Below, in pieces: positions 54,383-64,000 of a DNA stretch of 64,000 bases. Positions within the stretch are counted from its first letter, which is position 1; each line of letters begins with the position of its first letter. Location of the stretch: positions 32,001 to 96,000 of the IMG/VR virus record IMGVR_UViG_3300026121_000008. The stretch is one strand, 5' to 3'. The DNA is from a virus (lineage: Duplodnaviria > Caudoviricetes). Both the position numbers and the translations under genes were made by a program. The notes beneath the pieces were generated by a model. That model ran no database searches, was not told the origin of the DNA, and saw nothing but the letters and a program-made list of their open reading frames with translations.

Positions 54383-57259
54383 ATGGACGCCTATACGAAC
54401 TTTGCTGTAGCAACGGTCGTAACAGCCCCCACTCCTCCGGGGTCCGGGGATCTCCTCGTGGTGAAGGCGGGCCAAGGCACACGGTTCCCTGCCGTGCCCT
54501 TTAATGCGTCCGTCTGGCCGAAGAATCTCCTCCCCGAACCCACCAACGCCGAGATCATCCGTGTCCTCGCCATTGACGGCGACACGCTGACGGTGGAGCG
54601 AGGGGCAGAAGCGACCTCGACGCGGAACATCCTCGCAGGCGACTGGGTGGCGGCGACCATCACGAAGAAGATGCTCGATGACCTGAGACAGTCAGGCATC
54701 GTTGGTCCTCCCGGTCCTGAAGGTCCAGTGGGTCCGGAAGGCCCCGAAGGTCCACCGGGAGCCGGTCTCGCTATCGAAGGCTCGGTGCCCACGTCCGATG
54801 ATCTCCCGCCCACGGGTGACCCCGGTGAAGGGTGGATCACCGAAGACACCGGACATCTGTGGGTCTGGGATTCGACGTCGGAGACGTGGATTGACACCGG
54901 ACAGATTCAAGGCCCTGTGGGACCGCAAGGTCCGCAAGGAGATCAAGGGCCGACTGGAGCCCAAGGGGATTCGGGTGTGCCCGGTCCCCAAGGTGATCCC
55001 GGCCCGGATGGCCCGCAAGGGATCGAGGGACCAGCGGGAAGCCAAGGTCCACAAGGTCCGGAAGGCACGATAGGTCCGGAAGGTCCGATTGGGCCGACTG
55101 GCCCTCCGGGGACGAGCATCGATCTGCAGGGCACGGTGCCCACTGCCGATGATCTCCCCTCTACCGCTCAGCCGGGAGACGCATGGATCACCGCCGATAC
55201 CGGACATCTCTGGGTCTGGGATGCGGACACCTCTGCATGGTTCGACGCGGGCGCGTTTCCCCAAGGTCCGCAGGGACCAGAAGGCCCGCAAGGCCCGGTC
55301 GGTCCCCAAGGCGAGATTGGCCCCGCAGGCTCCGAAGGTCCACAGGGGATTCAGGGCATCCAAGGCTCCACTGGCGTCCAAGGCATACAGGGCATCCCCG
55401 GCAACACCGGGGCGACTGGCCCAGCCGGGGCGACCGGGTCCACCGGCCCCGCAGGCCCCAAGGGTGATACGGGGCTCACAGGGGCCACAGGAGCGACCGG
55501 ACCCGCTGGAGCCACCGGACCCCCCGGAGAGACCGGGATCGCCGGTCCTGAAGGCCCCCAAGGGGTGCCCGGAGCCGATGGGGAGGACGGGGCGACTGGA
55601 CCTCCCGGAGCCACTGGCCCCGCAGGCCCTACGGGGGCACAGGGGCCTCAAGGCGTGGCGGGAGCGACCGGAGGCACTGGACCCGCCGGGGCGACCGGAT
55701 CGACCGGCCCAGAGGGGCCTATGGGTCCACAGGGGCCACAGGGCGTCCAAGGGCTGAAAGGCAATACCGGCGACCAAGGCCCTGCCGGGGTACAGGGGGA
55801 GATGGGGTTCCCCGGACCCGAAGGTCCGACTGGTCCGAAGGGCGATACCGGGAACACCGGAGCTACGGGATCGACCGGCCCTCAAGGCATCCAAGGTCCG
55901 ACTGGTCCCCAAGGTGTGCCCGGACCCGAAGGCCCCGATGGTCCCGAAGGCCCACCCGGAACCGGCATTGCCATCAAAGGCAGCGTTCCCACATACACGA
56001 GCCTGCCCTCCACGGGCAACGCCGAAGGCGATGCGTGGATCACGTCTGACACGGGTCACCTCTGGGTGTGGGATGGCGATTCATGGGTGGACGCAGGCAA
56101 TCTGCAAGGCCCACCCGGACCCGCAGGCCCCGAAGGTCCAGAGGGAGATCAGGGCATCCCCGGCTCGACCGGTCCTCAAGGCCCTGCTGGTGCGACGGGA
56201 TCGACGGGACCAGCCGGTCCCCAAGGTGATCCCGGACCTACCGGAGCCACGGGCTCGACAGGAGCTACCGGATCGACCGGTCCCAAGGGGGACACGGGCA
56301 ACACCGGCCCGCAAGGCATTCAAGGCATTCAGGGCACGACTGGCGCGACGGGATCGCAAGGCCCCAAAGGTGACACGGGTGATACCGGAGCGACCGGTCC
56401 CCAAGGCATCCAAGGTATTCAAGGGCCAGCCGGTCCCGAAGGTCCAGAGGGTCCACAAGGCCCACCGGGAGAAGACGGCTCAGGCACAGGCGGCAGTACC
56501 GATCTCGATTACGTGGGCGATTACACCTCCGGCACCTACAACGATGGGGACATCGTCATCGGGGCGGACGGCATCGCCTACATGTGCGTGAAGTCGGGGG
56601 TCACCACCCCCCCTGAACCATGGCCGGGGATCGGCGCAACGACCGCAGTCGGGCCTCCCGGACCCACCGGCCCGACTGGGCCAACAGGACCGGCTGGAGC
56701 CGCCGGAGCCGCAGGGGTGACTGGGCCAACCGGTGCGCCCGGAACTCCCGGTGAAGCGTGGTTCTCTGGTTCCGGTGTTCCGTCAGGATCGCTCTCCGGC
56801 AGCGTGGTCGGAGACTGGTACCTGAACACGTCGAACGGTGACGTCTACGAGAAGACTGGGAGTTCCGCGTGGACCCAGCGCATGAACTTGACCGGTCCTG
56901 CGGGAAGCACGGGAGCCGCTGGCATCACTCGTCCCTTCCGCCTCGGCCATACGTGGGCGTTGTATGGTGACGTGACCGCGATTACCACGATGCCCTCGAT
57001 GTTCGTCCCGTTCAACGGCACGCAGGCCGCGACGTTGATTGGATTGCGCCACAAGATTGGTTCCGGAACCAGTGTGGGTGTGCAGTTGAGGCGGAACGGG
57101 AGCAATCTCGGCAGCGTGATTACGGTCACCGGAACGGCGACCACGACGGCCTTCAGTCAGGCACTGGCCGCAGACGATGAATTGACGCTGGTCTTGTCGT
57201 CGCCAGCGGTGACCCCGTCGAATCTCACGGTCACGCTGTACATCGAGCACACGCCATGA
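54383..57259 (+). CDS. Collagen-like fibre protein
   Basis: Extensive Gly-X-Y runs interrupted by three G.VPT...LP.....[13 protein letters not shown] modules. Confidence 0.88.
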   Translation: MDAYTNFAVATVVTAPTPPGSGDLLVVKAGQGTRFPAVPFNASVWPKNLLPEPTNAEIIRVLAIDGDTLTVERGAEATSTRNILAGDWVAATITKKMLDDLRQSGIVGPPGPEGPVGPEGPEGPPGAGLAIEGSVPTSDDLPPTGDPGEGWITEDTGHLWVWDSTSETWIDTGQIQGPVGPQGPQGDQGPTGAQGDSGVPGPQGDPGPDGPQGIEGPAGSQGPQGPEGTIGPEGPIGPTGPPGTSIDLQGTVPTADDLPSTAQPGDAWITADTGHLWVWDADTSAWFDAGAFPQGPQGPEGPQGPVGPQGEIGPAGSEGPQGIQGIQGSTGVQGIQGIPGNTGATGPAGATGSTGPAGPKGDTGLTGATGATGPAGATGPPGETGIAGPEGPQGVPGADGEDGATGPPGATGPAGPTGAQGPQGVAGATGGTGPAGATGSTGPEGPMGPQGPQGVQGLKGNTGDQGPAGVQGEMGFPGPEGPTGPKGDTGNTGATGSTGPQGIQGPTGPQGVPGPEGPDGPEGPPGTGIAIKGSVPTYTSLPSTGNAEGDAWITSDTGHLWVWDGDSWVDAGNLQGPPGPAGPEGPEGDQGIPGSTGPQGPAGATGSTGPAGPQGDPGPTGATGSTGATGSTGPKGDTGNTGPQGIQGIQGTTGATGSQGPKGDTGDTGATGPQGIQGIQGPAGPEGPEGPQGPPGEDGSGTGGSTDLDYVGDYTSGTYNDGDIVIGADGIAYMCVKSGVTTPPEPWPGIGATTAVGPPGPTGPTGPTGPAGAAGAAGVTGPTGAPGTPGEAWFSGSGVPSGSLSGSVVGDWYLNTSNGDVYEKTGSSAWTQRMNLTGPAGSTGAAGITRPFRLGHTWALYGDVTAITTMPSMFVPFNGTQAATLIGLRHKIGSGTSVGVQLRRNGSNLGSVITVTGTATTTAFSQALAADDELTLVLSSPAVTPSNLTVTLYIEHTP

Positions 57260-57900
57260 CGATTCAAGGCACAGGTGGCGCGGCGGCAACCAGTGTGGCG
57301 ATCCCGACGCACGCCGCAGGCGATTTGATCTGGGTCATCACGCGAGCGGCGAGTAACACGGCTCCAACCAAACCCACGGCGAGTGGGACCGTGCCGAACT
57401 GGACGGTGGCATACACCGGGGGCGCGAACACGCTCGCGTTTGTGTCTGCGTGGTTCGTGGCAACGGCGTCCACCACGACGACCGGAGCGTGGACCGGTGC
57501 CTCCCATATTGCTGTGATTGTGTTGCGTCCGATCCCCGGAATGCTCTTGGGAGTGAATGCGGCCCCAACCGGCACAGCCAATGGGTCGAACTCCCAGACG
57601 ATTGACTACCCGTCTTGTGCGCCCGTCACCACCATTAACGGTTCGTCGTCTGGATTGCGGATGGCGACACGCGGCACGGCGGCGACCTCGATGAACACGC
57701 CTCCCACTGGGTGGACGAATCAGTTGGTGCAACCGTCAGGAGCGGGCGCGTTGATCGCGGTGCATACGTTTGCGCCCTTGACGCAAAACATCGGTCTTCT
57801 CACGGTGAGTTTGACCGGCACGACGAATGCGCCGTGGCGTGCTCATTCGTTTGAGATCACAGAAAAACCGCCACAGCAGCGGATGATGGTCATCACATGA
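57256..57900 (+). CDS. Thr/Ala-rich putative virion protein
   Basis: ATGA coupling at both ends; [10 protein letters not shown] motif. Confidence 0.6.
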   Translation: MTIQGTGGAAATSVAIPTHAAGDLIWVITRAASNTAPTKPTASGTVPNWTVAYTGGANTLAFVSAWFVATASTTTTGAWTGASHIAVIVLRPIPGMLLGVNAAPTGTANGSNSQTIDYPSCAPVTTINGSSSGLRMATRGTAATSMNTPPTGWTNQLVQPSGAGALIAVHTFAPLTQNIGLLTVSLTGTTNAPWRAHSFEITEKPPQQRMMVIT

Positions 57901-60900
57901 GCAGTCCCGATCCCGCTACCACGGAGTGGGTACCCATCTGGAATCCGATGGGAGCCGGAGAGACTGGTCCCGCTGGTCCGACTGGTCCCGCTGGTCCCGA
58001 AGGCCCGCCCGGACCCGGCATCGAACTGACCGGGACGGTCTCGACTCGTGCGGCATTGCCAACAACTGGTACGGCTGGTGATGCGTACCTCGTTGCGGAC
58101 ACCGGCCATGTCTGGGCGTGGGATTCCACGGCGAGTCACCCGGACTATGCGACTGTCCGTGCGTCCGACTCGTTCAATCGATCCAATGGGGCGTTGACTG
58201 GTTCCTCACTGGACCATGCGGCAGGAGGATTCGGATCGCTGCACTGGGCGAACGTGGCGACCACTTGGACGGTGACCAGTAACCGCGCCACGGCTGGAGG
58301 GACGGATGGCATCACCGTCGTGACGGATGCGCCCGATGAGATGCAGACGGCCATCGAAGCCACGATTGGTCTTCACAACGATGGGATCGGCCTCATCACC
58401 CGGTGGGCGGCGAACGGCGCAACAGGCAATGGCTATGTGTTTCGTGCGCTCGGTCACGGCGGTGGGCTGAGCATCGAGAAGAAGACGGACCTTGCCTACG
58501 TCACGCTGGCAACCAATGCGTTCCCCACGGGCGCGGGCTACACGTTGCGGTTCGAGGTCGATGGGCCGTACCTGAAGGGCTACGTCAACGGAGCCTTGTT
58601 CGTCGCCGCAGAGGACGACACCTATCTGCTCGGCAAGCCGGGTCTGTTGGGGATCTCCTCGTCCGACGCCATCGACAACTTCAAGTATTACCAAGCGGGC
58701 ACGAGTTCAGGCGGCTGGGTGGATGCCGGTCCCATCGTCGGCCCAGAAGGCCCGACCGGACCCGAAGGCCCCTCCGGAGGGGGACTGACCATCCAAGGTA
58801 TCGTTTCGACCGAAGAAGAGTTGCCAGAAACTGGCGATCCCGGAGATGTGTGGATCGTTGAAGACACCGGCCATCTCTGGGGATGGAAGGAAGCTGTCGG
58901 AGCGTGGACGGTCGTCGCCTCGGACTCGTTCATCCGCTCGAATGGTGCTCTGACCGGCTCCACTCTCGATAACACCTACGGCGGCAGTGGCTCACACCAG
59001 TGGCTGGATCTGAATCAGTCGTGGGCGATCAACACCAACCGATGCGAACCCGGAGGCGGGGGCATCGGGATGTCCTACCCGTACAACCTGTCTCCGTCTG
59101 CGAATCAGGCCGTCGAGTCCAAAGTAACGACCTCCAGCACAAACAGTCCCGGCATCATGGTGCGGCTCTCCCCGAATGGGGCGGATAGCAACGGCTACCT
59201 GTTCTACGTGGTGGGGTTGACCTCGTGTGAACTCTACAGAAAGACGGCGATGACGTTCACCAGTCTCGGGACTGGTCCAGCGGTGGCTACCGGATCGGTG
59301 CTGCGCTTGGAAGCGGAAGGCTCGACGCTCCGGGCGTACGTCAACGGCACGCTGGTGATCACCGGCACGGACAGTACCTACGCCACGGGTGGGATGGGGT
59401 TGTACGGCGGTGGCAACAGCATTTTTCACACCGAGACGAAGTTCTACGAAGCAGGCGGGGGCGGGGGGGAGTCTGGCTGGGTCGATCTTGGGCCGGTCGG
59501 CCTTGTCGTGCATCATGCGACTCACGAACCGGGTGGCACCGACGTCATCGAACTGACCGACGAGAACCTGCTGTTCGGTCGGGGTGACGGAGCCGGTGGC
59601 GGCGACATGCAGGAGATCAGCCTCGGCCCGTATCTGACCATGACCGGCACCGTGATTGACGTCGCGGGCGCAGGCATGACGCCGTTCATCGTGCAAGATC
59701 TCGGAGGAGCCAGACGGGCGTTGCAGAAAGCGGGGCGTGCCCCGGAGGGCTACCTGCCCAACGCACAGGAGCTATCGGCCCTGCCCTCCGGCTACGTCAC
59801 GGTGGAGACGGGGACGGGGGTGCTGGGGTCCATGTCCACCATCCCGTCGTCTGGACTCGCCTCGAATGTGGCCTTGACCGATGTCCAGAACGTGTTCAGA
59901 GAGGATCAGTCGATTGCGCGTGGCAGCATGGACGTGGGGCGGTTGTCCTTTGGGACGGCGGGCGCGGGCTATCTCGACTGGGATGGCCGCAATCTGCGGG
60001 TGGAAGCCTACGCCATCATCCCCGCGACCTCGGTCCCGCTCGGCCAACCTGATCAGGAGTTCGGAGAGATCTGGACGAGTGATGGCATCCGGGCGGGGCA
60101 ACATCCGGCCACGTCTGGGGCACTGGGATTTGCGAATGATCAGGGCATCTTCGCCCGGAACGAGGCTGATACCGAAGACATCGAACTGCTGAACCTCGGG
60201 TCAGATGATGTGGTCCGCGTGGCAGGCATCGATATCGTGGCCGCACTGGCGGAACCCGGTCCAGTGGGTCCGCAAGGCCCACAAGGCCCACAGGGCGTGA
60301 AAGGTGATACCGGAGCCACAGGGAGTCAAGGCCCACAGGGCGTCAAGGGAGATACCGGGGCACAGGGCACACAAGGTCCGCAGGGTATCCAAGGCCCACA
60401 GGGCGTGCCGCCAGCGAACTGCGCCATCACGAACCAGACGAACAATTTCACAGTGGCGCAGACGTTCTCGTCACAGGTCAACATGCCTTCCGGCATCCTT
60501 GAACTGTCCAGTGCTGCTCCAGAGGTCCGGTTCAAAGAAACGACCGCCCCGGTGGACCAGCGCATGTTTCGCTGGGTGGCCAATTCACAGGCGTTGATTC
60601 TGCAAGCCACGAATGATGCCGGAACGGTGGCGTCAACGACTCCGGTGTATTTCAGTCGAGCAGGCAGTGCCTACATCCAGCAGAACGTCTACGAGCGGGG
60701 CCGTCCGAACCCGATGGGCCGCTGGTATGACGTGCCATTTGCCGCTGGTAACTTCGCGGCCAATGGGGCGACGTGGACGGTTGCCGCCCAAGCCATCCTC
60801 CGGCATCGCGTCATGCTGATTGACAACACGATGTGGTGGAGTATCTATGTCTCGTGGTTCTCTGGAGGCAACACCCTGACCGGATCGGCCACACAGTTGT

Positions 60901-61094
60901 ATATCGGGATGCCGTGGAACATGGCCCCGTACCAGTTGAATCACATTGACTACGCCATTGACGGGGCGTCAGGCCGGGTCGCGCTCGATGTGAACCCCAG
61001 CGGGTCCACCATGGTGATCACACGCAAGGATGGCGCGAACTTCAACGGCACACCGGGGTTCATCGTCTCAGGACAGGCGTGGGAGATCCAGTAA
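57897..61094 (+). CDS. Fibre protein with short collagen runs and two lectin-like beta-sandwich domains
   Basis: Duplicated [15 protein letters not shown]...LR.E..G..L..YVNG domain; Gly-X-Y segments; fibre-like C-terminus. Confidence 0.8.
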   Translation: MSSPDPATTEWVPIWNPMGAGETGPAGPTGPAGPEGPPGPGIELTGTVSTRAALPTTGTAGDAYLVADTGHVWAWDSTASHPDYATVRASDSFNRSNGALTGSSLDHAAGGFGSLHWANVATTWTVTSNRATAGGTDGITVVTDAPDEMQTAIEATIGLHNDGIGLITRWAANGATGNGYVFRALGHGGGLSIEKKTDLAYVTLATNAFPTGAGYTLRFEVDGPYLKGYVNGALFVAAEDDTYLLGKPGLLGISSSDAIDNFKYYQAGTSSGGWVDAGPIVGPEGPTGPEGPSGGGLTIQGIVSTEEELPETGDPGDVWIVEDTGHLWGWKEAVGAWTVVASDSFIRSNGALTGSTLDNTYGGSGSHQWLDLNQSWAINTNRCEPGGGGIGMSYPYNLSPSANQAVESKVTTSSTNSPGIMVRLSPNGADSNGYLFYVVGLTSCELYRKTAMTFTSLGTGPAVATGSVLRLEAEGSTLRAYVNGTLVITGTDSTYATGGMGLYGGGNSIFHTETKFYEAGGGGGESGWVDLGPVGLVVHHATHEPGGTDVIELTDENLLFGRGDGAGGGDMQEISLGPYLTMTGTVIDVAGAGMTPFIVQDLGGARRALQKAGRAPEGYLPNAQELSALPSGYVTVETGTGVLGSMSTIPSSGLASNVALTDVQNVFREDQSIARGSMDVGRLSFGTAGAGYLDWDGRNLRVEAYAIIPATSVPLGQPDQEFGEIWTSDGIRAGQHPATSGALGFANDQGIFARNEADTEDIELLNLGSDDVVRVAGIDIVAALAEPGPVGPQGPQGPQGVKGDTGATGSQGPQGVKGDTGAQGTQGPQGIQGPQGVPPANCAITNQTNNFTVAQTFSSQVNMPSGILELSSAAPEVRFKETTAPVDQRMFRWVANSQALILQATNDAGTVASTTPVYFSRAGSAYIQQNVYERGRPNPMGRWYDVPFAAGNFAANGATWTVAAQAILRHRVMLIDNTMWWSIYVSWFSGGNTLTGSATQLYIGMPWNMAPYQLNHIDYAIDGASGRVALDVNPSGSTMVITRKDGANFNGTPGFIVSGQAWEIQ

Positions 61095-61388
61095 GTGATC
61101 GTTGGCGGCGTCTATCCCGGTGCGTATTGGCTAGAGACGGCACCCGTCCCGGTCATCCCCGGATTCGCCCCCTGCCTCATCAGCACCATCAAGGTCCGGA
61201 CATTGGTGGTAGCCTGTGCGGCACTTGATTGCACGACGCTTGTCGAAGCCACTATGGTACAGGTACAACAGATGGCCACAGGGATCGAGATCAACGGGCA
61301 TACCATCACCGCGACGGCCATGGTGAAGATCCGCTACCTGATTACCAGTGAAGGTATGAAGACGTGCTGTGTGGAGCGAGTCCTATGA
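61095..61388 (+). CDS. Hypothetical protein
   Basis: Fills the gap between coupled genes. Confidence 0.45.
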   Translation: MIVGGVYPGAYWLETAPVPVIPGFAPCLISTIKVRTLVVACAALDCTTLVEATMVQVQQMATGIEINGHTITATAMVKIRYLITSEGMKTCCVERVL

Positions 61389-61696
61389 GAATTGTGGTGA
61401 AGCGCGGCAACGACCAGATCATCTCGCTGATGGGCCTCAAGTCCACGGACGACAACATCTACCTGAACTCCGCCACGGTGACGGCCTCCCTCCGAGACTA
61501 CCGGGGCAACGTCGTCCCTCCTTTCGAGGAGGTGCCCATGGCCTACGTCACAGGGAGCGATGGGAATTACGAGTGGTTCATCGACTCCATTGACAGTATG
61601 CTCCCCAAGGGCGTCGAATATCAACTGGAAATTAAAGCGGAGCAGGCGGGCGTCAATTACAGGACCGTCCATGTCGTGTCGGTGGTGGACGCATGA
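61385..61696 (+). CDS. Small beta-rich structural protein (BppU-N-like)
   Basis: VKRGND...YLNSATVTASL...G.Y.W...YQLEI. Confidence 0.5.
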   Translation: MRIVVKRGNDQIISLMGLKSTDDNIYLNSATVTASLRDYRGNVVPPFEEVPMAYVTGSDGNYEWFIDSIDSMLPKGVEYQLEIKAEQAGVNYRTVHVVSVVDA

Positions 61697-61875
61697 CCTA
61701 CGCCCAGATTCTCAAGTGGGATGTTCGCAAAAACAAGAAGGCGAAGTTCCTGCGGGTGTCTCAGGCGGCACGCGCCCGGTTCCCGAAACACCGTCTCCGT
61801 GGAGCCCAAGAAGTGCCCATGGACCTCGATAAAATCAATGCGTCGTGGAGTATGACGCAGAAACCACAGGGGTGA
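61693..61875 (+). CDS. Small basic protein carrying the YAQILKWD tag
   Basis: ATGA coupling; shares its N-terminal motif with the two ART ORFs. Confidence 0.6.
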   Translation: MTYAQILKWDVRKNKKAKFLRVSQAARARFPKHRLRGAQEVPMDLDKINASWSMTQKPQG

Positions 61876-61880
61876 TCTTC

Positions 61881-62255
61881 ATGCCAGTCTATGGAACCGG
61901 AACCGTTGCGACCTTGACCCCCGGCTACCCAGCGGTGGTCTGGAACGATGAGAACATCACGATGAGCGGGAATGGGCAGAACAGTCAAGCCATCAACATG
62001 AAGCGGCACGCCAACATGCCGAACTGCCTCTCGGTGGAGATCCTGTTTGCCGCCACTCCGGGGACGTTTGCGGTGGATCTCCAAACGGCAGACACCAACG
62101 AGGAAAAGTACTACGTCACCAAAGCCACACTGAACACCGGGCTGAACACCACGTTCGTGGGCCGCATCGAAGTGATGAACATCGTGGCCAAGTTCGCTCG
62201 TCTGAAGATGGTCACACTGACCAATGCCGTGAAAGTGACCGCTCGGATCTTCTGA
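61881..62255 (+). CDS. Putative structural (beta-sandwich) protein
   Basis: Strong coding codon bias; late-operon context. Confidence 0.6.
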   Translation: MPVYGTGTVATLTPGYPAVVWNDENITMSGNGQNSQAINMKRHANMPNCLSVEILFAATPGTFAVDLQTADTNEEKYYVTKATLNTGLNTTFVGRIEVMNIVAKFARLKMVTLTNAVKVTARIF

Positions 62256-62262
62256 GGTGATC

Positions 62263-62973
62263 ATGGGGTATGTCCAAAATTTCTACGCCCAGAACACGGT
62301 GGCGTCGGACTTTAGCGGCCCGGTCACACTGGCCGCTGATACCTCGGCGTGTGATCTGCTCCTTATCTGTGGACGTTGGGAGAATCCGACTGCGCCCACG
62401 GTGGATGACAACAAAGGCAATACGTGGACCCCTGTGGGAACACCCGTCGCGGGACGACAGGTGGGCATCTGGTGGTGTCAGCACCCGACTGTCGGCGCGG
62501 GCCACACGTTTCATATGGGCGGCAGTTGGTACATGCAGATCATCGTGTTGGGATTTGCCGGGTCGGGTGTGGCACCGAAGGATCAGCACCTCGGGGTGAT
62601 CACAGCGAACGACCCCATTACGCTGGGACCGATTACGCCCACTGCCAACGGGGAATTAGTGGTGTCGGTGATCATGGCAGCGGGGAATGGAGCGACGACC
62701 ACCGCGAGTGCGCCCTTCATCGTGATGACGGGAGACAAGCATCTCAGCATGGCGACGGCCTATGCGATTCAGGCGACTGCTGCGCCGATCTCCGTTACGA
62801 TGTCTTCCTCGCCGGGGACGGGTGTCCCCGGTCTGATCGCGTCGTTCAAGGGAGTTGCTGTGCAGACAGCCTCCGTATTGACGTTGACACCCTGTGATCA
62901 AGTCACGGTGGGGACGCTGTCGGCTCAGGGAGGGCTCGTCCAGACGGTGACTCCCTGTGGGGACGTGGACTGA
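62263..62973 (+). CDS. Putative virion protein; paralog of the repeated domain of 15995-17518
   Basis: DNKGNTWT...PTVGAGHTF...ITPTANGELVVS...AYAIQATAAPI. Confidence 0.65.
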   Translation: MGYVQNFYAQNTVASDFSGPVTLAADTSACDLLLICGRWENPTAPTVDDNKGNTWTPVGTPVAGRQVGIWWCQHPTVGAGHTFHMGGSWYMQIIVLGFAGSGVAPKDQHLGVITANDPITLGPITPTANGELVVSVIMAAGNGATTTASAPFIVMTGDKHLSMATAYAIQATAAPISVTMSSSPGTGVPGLIASFKGVAVQTASVLTLTPCDQVTVGTLSAQGGLVQTVTPCGDVD

Positions 62974-63623
62974 TGCTGGTCGATCAGCTTCGCGCCGAGT
63001 ACCGAGACCGCTTTGCGGTGAAGCGGGACTATCTCTGGGCGTTGAAGTACGATCCTGCCCAACCCAGAGATGCCGAAGGTCAGTGGACGAAGATGACCGA
63101 AGGCGCGGCGAAGGATTTTGACAAAGCCCTCTATGATAAACTCCAGCGAGGTAACGACACCAATTTCGCTATTTTTGATTATGTGCAGGGAGGGGCTCGA
63201 TATACGAATGAGCATCTCCGTGCTGGGAAGGTCCGATATAACGACCGGCGAAAAGTCGAACTCATTGATGCCCAGATGCAGCGAAATCCTCTCACGGAAG
63301 ACGCGACGTTGGCCCGCACGATCCTCGATCAGGTCGTGAACACACTCAAGGTTGGAGACGTCTTTCAGGATAATGGCTACGTATCCACCACGAAAAATCT
63401 CTCAAAAATCGAGGATATCCGTAAGGATATTGGAGCCAATCCAACTCGGCACTTCATGATGACCGTCTTGGCCCCCAAAGGATTGGGCCACATTGATGTG
63501 AATGAAGAACTCGGCGCACATGGCTACGAGGATCAAGAGGAAGTGATCCTTCCCCGTGGTACCCGGTTTGAGGTGGTGAGCAAAGGGCCGGGGAAGACGA
63601 TGACCGTGAAGGTGCTCCAGTGA
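62973..63623 (+). CDS. ADP-ribosyltransferase (R-S-E clade, VIP2/C3/Alt-like) with N-terminal LKYDPAQPRD tag
   Basis: AIFDY.......NEHLR.G; TLAR; FQDNGYVSTT; DQEEVILPRGTRFEV. Confidence 0.88.
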   Translation: MLVDQLRAEYRDRFAVKRDYLWALKYDPAQPRDAEGQWTKMTEGAAKDFDKALYDKLQRGNDTNFAIFDYVQGGARYTNEHLRAGKVRYNDRRKVELIDAQMQRNPLTEDATLARTILDQVVNTLKVGDVFQDNGYVSTTKNLSKIEDIRKDIGANPTRHFMMTVLAPKGLGHIDVNEELGAHGYEDQEEVILPRGTRFEVVSKGPGKTMTVKVLQ

Positions 63624-64000
63624 GTGATCCTAATGCCGCCCGGTTTGAAATGCGGGAGGGCGATTTCTTCATTATCACGAAATTTTCTGGAGTGCTGAAG
63701 TACGATCCCGATCAGCCCCGTGACAAGCAGGGACAATGGTCGAAGACTACAGGCCGTAGCTTTACCAGTGACGAGGGCTACGAGTTCCATGAGAAAGGGC
63801 CGGGAGCCAAGTGGGCCAAGGCCATGCCCTACGAGGATCAGCGGGCATTGAGTGGTTATGCCGGGTTTGGGTACCACGACATCAACGATTTGCGGCGAGG
63901 CACGTATAAACCCCCGATTAAAGCGCATTTTGTGCGGGCATCGAGCAAGGAGGAGCACGAAGCCTCGACCATGACGGTCGATGAAGAATATCTCAAACAT
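63620..64000 (+). CDS. Second tagged ADP-ribosyltransferase-like protein, 5' part (runs off the window; not in the ORF track)
   Basis: GTGA coupling; my translation contains FSGVLKYDPDQPRDKQGQWSK and EDQRALSGYAGFGYHDINDLRRG (ART N-terminal helices). Confidence 0.7.
   Translation, partial: MSDPNAARFEMREGDFFIITKFSGVLKYDPDQPRDKQGQWSKTTGRSFTSDEGYEFHEKGPGAKWAKAMPYEDQRALSGYAGFGYHDINDLRRGTYKPPIKAHFVRASSKEEHEASTMTVDEEYLKH

Larger units (their letters stand above)
12451..61233. promoter_or_regulatory. Dispersed 14-bp degenerate palindrome KGCA-MYYRRK-TGCM
   Basis: Exact copies start at 12451, 17520, 21220, 25885, 31839, 34001, 36638, 42065, 46829, 52029, 54296 and 61220. Confidence 0.8.

Noticed and set aside
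54700-56760. Dense nucleotide repeats as a satellite or array
   Set aside because: Fully explained by Gly-X-Y collagen coding
12451-61233. The 14-bp motif as a plain bipartite restriction-modification site (GCA-N6-TGC)
   Set aside because: The central six bases are constrained and the site is enriched rather than avoided; methylation is not formally excluded
1-64000. Stop-codon reassignment, or a prophage/host boundary
   Set aside because: All three stop codons end genes at sensible coupled junctions, coding density under code 11 is high, and no integrase or run of host housekeeping genes is seen

Overview
The window is a 64-kb stretch of a large, GC-rich (roughly 60% by eye) tailed dsDNA phage genome, with almost every gene on the + strand. 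No integrase, portal, capsid or DNA polymerase gene is visible, so those must lie outside it. Gene order: (1) 1-17.9 kb, tail module: 3' end of the tape measure gene, a tandemly duplicated two-gene cassette, hub-like and glycosidase-like proteins, and a lysozyme-like protein lacking its catalytic motif. (2) 18-34 kb, replication and recombination: AAA ATPase, initiator, degenerate DnaC-like loader, DnaB, primase, SSB, SF2 helicase, RecA, PD-(D/E)XK and Cas4-like nucleases, RuvC. (3) 34-39.8 kb: a PEP-CTERM surface protein, a cold-shock protein and the terminase. (4) 40-54 kb: an early/accessory region of small genes, many with their own strong sigma70-like promoter, plus tRNA-Cys. (5) 54-64 kb: collagen-like fibres, ending in two tandem ADP-ribosyltransferase genes. 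Main observations: a 14-bp degenerate palindrome (KGCA-MYYRRK-TGCM) with 12 exact copies found by eye across the window, often beside promoters; a shared N-terminal tag ([YF]xx[AVI]LK[YW]D, extended by PxQPRDxxGQW in both ARTs) that may route effectors into the capsid; a phage-borne PEP-CTERM protein; several apparently catalytically dead enzymes; a Tad1/Acb2-like candidate; free-standing copies of tail domains in the accessory region; and two candidate structured RNAs. All family assignments come from manual motif recognition; no database searches were run.
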